Assembly: GCF_001194135.2 (NCBI RefSeq)
Contig: NC_068981.1
Location: 38,016,263 to 38,080,262, forward strand
Origin: Octopus bimaculoides
Taxonomy: Eukaryota
DNA length: 64,000 nt
Direction of reading: 5' to 3'
A program made the translations under genes and the position numbers. Each line of letters starts with the position of its first letter. Position 1 is the first letter of the stretch. Shown piece after piece: positions 61,381 through 64,000 of this stretch. A model generated the notes under the pieces. The model made no database searches, had not been told where the DNA came from, and worked only from the letters and a program-made list of their open reading frames with translations.

Positions 61381-64000
61381 CACTTCCATCTTAAAAATGC
61401 TAAAAAGCAAAAGATGCATTGGATTATGCATTCTTAGATACAATATGCCAATAAGACAAAATAGTAATGAGTTCGAATGTCTTTTGCAGTAAGTCTACTG
61501 AATCAGAGGTGACCTGAGACCAATCAACATTATGACCACAACCACGACCACCAATAACAATAACAGTAATAAAAACAACTCAACAGAGGTATGGTTTGAA
61601 CTCATGTCGATGTAAATGGCAATTTATCACAGCTATTATGGGTCTCTGAAGCATGATGTCATATTGAACCATAGTTTTCCTCCCATACAATGTAAATTGT
61701 TGTCAAAAATGTGACTACTGTAATGACACAGAAAGACACCATGATAAAGAAATGCGAGAAAATAAAATGCTGAAGAAGCAAATTTGTCCTCTTACTATTA
61801 TTTCATTTCTCAAAGGGGCCTTTTTTTCATTCTTTTGCCTTGAGTCACTAACTTTTGCATATTGAAGTAAGGTTATGTCAGTGTTGGGCTTGTTATTTCA
61901 AATCATTAATTCTGGCCATCAATAAAGTGTCCTTCACTGTCCTTTAGCATTGTTTACTGATCTATGAGTAATTAAAACAGCTTTCTTAAGGACAATGTTT
62001 CCTTTTCAGTTGCTTCTCTAATGTTTTCTGTTTATAAAATGTCCTCCACTAGACAATACATGTCTGTTATATCCTTGGAGACATCTTTGTTAATGATGAC
62101 AACTTAAGACTACTGATCTAGAAACAGAATCAGATCTCTATTTGTAGCAACTATCCTTTCACCACTAATGGAATCAGAGAACAGAATTATCTGTTTACCA
62201 CTATAATTTAATCCACATCCCTTGGTACTTGACTCTACTGATTTAACTGATGGACCACACTAAATGTCTCCATATGCTACTTTACACCTTAAAGGTATTT
62301 AAAATCAGAGAGAAAAATTGCAGCTGAACTATTTCCTCTTTTAATCAAGGAGTCAAAATGCTTTAACCATGATGCATTGAAACAATAAAATGTACTGAGA
62401 TTTTAAAAAATACAGATCTTATTAGTGAACAAAGGTGTTCTCTTTAAACAACTTTTAAGTGAATAGTTTTCTAAAAAGTTATTAGTATCACTGAAGCTGC
62501 CTGAAGCAAATTATTTTCACAGTTTCCTTTAGTGAGAAATCTTGTACTTTCATGTATACATACAATGTATATTTAATCAGACCACAACTTTAAATGTGGC
62601 AGATGGCACGGCTTTCAAATATTCTTTGATTTTTATTAAATGTTTACCGCATAAAATCTAATTGAAATATTTTCATAGATTTAATATACCTAAATTCCTT
62701 TTCACTTGAAATCTGAGGCACTGTGCTTATGTAAAAATCAATATATCTAGATTTCATTTATCTTCATCTTTTCTAATTTTCATTTCTACAAATTATGTAA
62801 ATGTATAAATATATACTTAATAATATTCTTTGATTGTTGTCCAAAGACCTATAACCATGAGATTCTGGAAATAAATTTAATTATTGGGAGGCCTTTAATA
62901 ATAACTTGTTGGTTTTATCATTTTTACCAATTAGATAGGAATAACTATTCAAATCTAATTTCTTATATTAGCACATATCTCTCCAATATTTCTATAGATA
63001 TAGGAAACACCGAAATATTTACTGGTCATATGTTATATCTTTATATTTAGAAATGAGCACAATTATTACAGAAGTATTGCAGCAAGACAGTAATTCGACA
63101 GAAACAAGATGTTCTATGGGAAGGTCACTACAATTTGTACTAATCTTACACTGCTATAAGTGATAGAACATATGAAAGGGAGTTATGCATAAATTTAGCT
63201 TTAGGCAAAATAACTTGTTCACACAATTTAAAGATAAACTGAAGATATACTTAAAGTAATACTTTTGTATTATATCTATTACATGGTAATTTCATTTTTC
63301 TAATGTTACACCTTTAAATTAACAGTCTCTTCAGTAGTTTTCCATGGTGTTTCAATTTCTGATTAGCTGTTGCTGTTATTATTTTTTGTTTCATATCAAG
63401 TCACCACTGACTGAACTGATCTGGGATCAGAAGCATTTTCAACTTTTCAACTCATTCACATTTTTTATAGACAGTAGTGTGATTTACAAGAGATTTACAT
63501 GCTGTTTCTTGCAGTTCAATTAACTATATAGAGGCTTCGTCCTTGGTTCATGGTTGTAACTAGTTGACTATAATGGCAAATATTACAGAGATAAAATAAC
63601 TATGAAGCACTATTAGTTAGGTATTAGAAAACAATGGATACTAAATTATAAATGTTAAAAAAAGATATTTCTATAATCATTAAATGTATATTGTGACTGT
63701 TTTATATGTGAAATACTTACATTTCTTGATTTATTTAAAAGTTTTTTGATGTTTAATTTGAATTTTGTGAAGCAGATATCTAAGTGGTTTCATGTTTAGA
63801 ATGACACAAGATGTATTTAAGAATGCTAAACTTAGAACGAGTAAAGAAGTCTATGATTTGAATAATTTGATTGATACTTGTTTTACATTCAGTTCAGACT
63901 GAGATTTGCAAAAACTCAAGCTAAAATGGTATCTTTTTTCTCAAGAAAGAAAACATAGGATTACTTTAAAATGGTTGAGTTTCCTCTAATACTTGTTTGA

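Noticed and set aside
63721-63779. Minus-strand exon ICFTKFKLNIKKLLNKSRN as upstream partner of the 60273 exon
   Set aside because: Phase fits and the donor is GTAAGT, but the acceptor lacks a pyrimidine tract and the sequence is extremely AT-rich

Overview
AT-rich eukaryotic scaffold DNA with seven N-gaps and dense microsatellites. The repeat families and (TA)/(CA)/(GAT)/(TAA) load suggest a coleoid cephalopod such as Octopus; this is inferred from pattern, not a search. No long intact protein-coding ORF is present, and nearly all tracked ORFs are microsatellite, gap or transposon artefacts. The window is dominated by decayed mobile elements: several RTE-clade LINE pieces (one family with a PHD-like finger inside ORF2), a CR1/L2-type 3' end, an R4/Dong-type RLE element in (TAA)n tracts, three distinct Tc1/mariner relics, three tRNA-headed SINE families, and Penelope-like/retrozyme-like repeats carrying hammerhead motifs. 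A few short exon candidates have good splice signals. Three on the minus strand (60273-60228, 39990-39949, 32861-32818) join in phase into an unidentified C-terminus. The most notable items are a nearly canonical type I hammerhead at 27049-27112 (-), the PHD-in-RT RTE, one SINE head paired with two different LINE tails whose donor LINEs are both in the window, and the TAA-targeted retroelement stack at 54.2-56.7 kb. Repeat boundaries are by-eye estimates.
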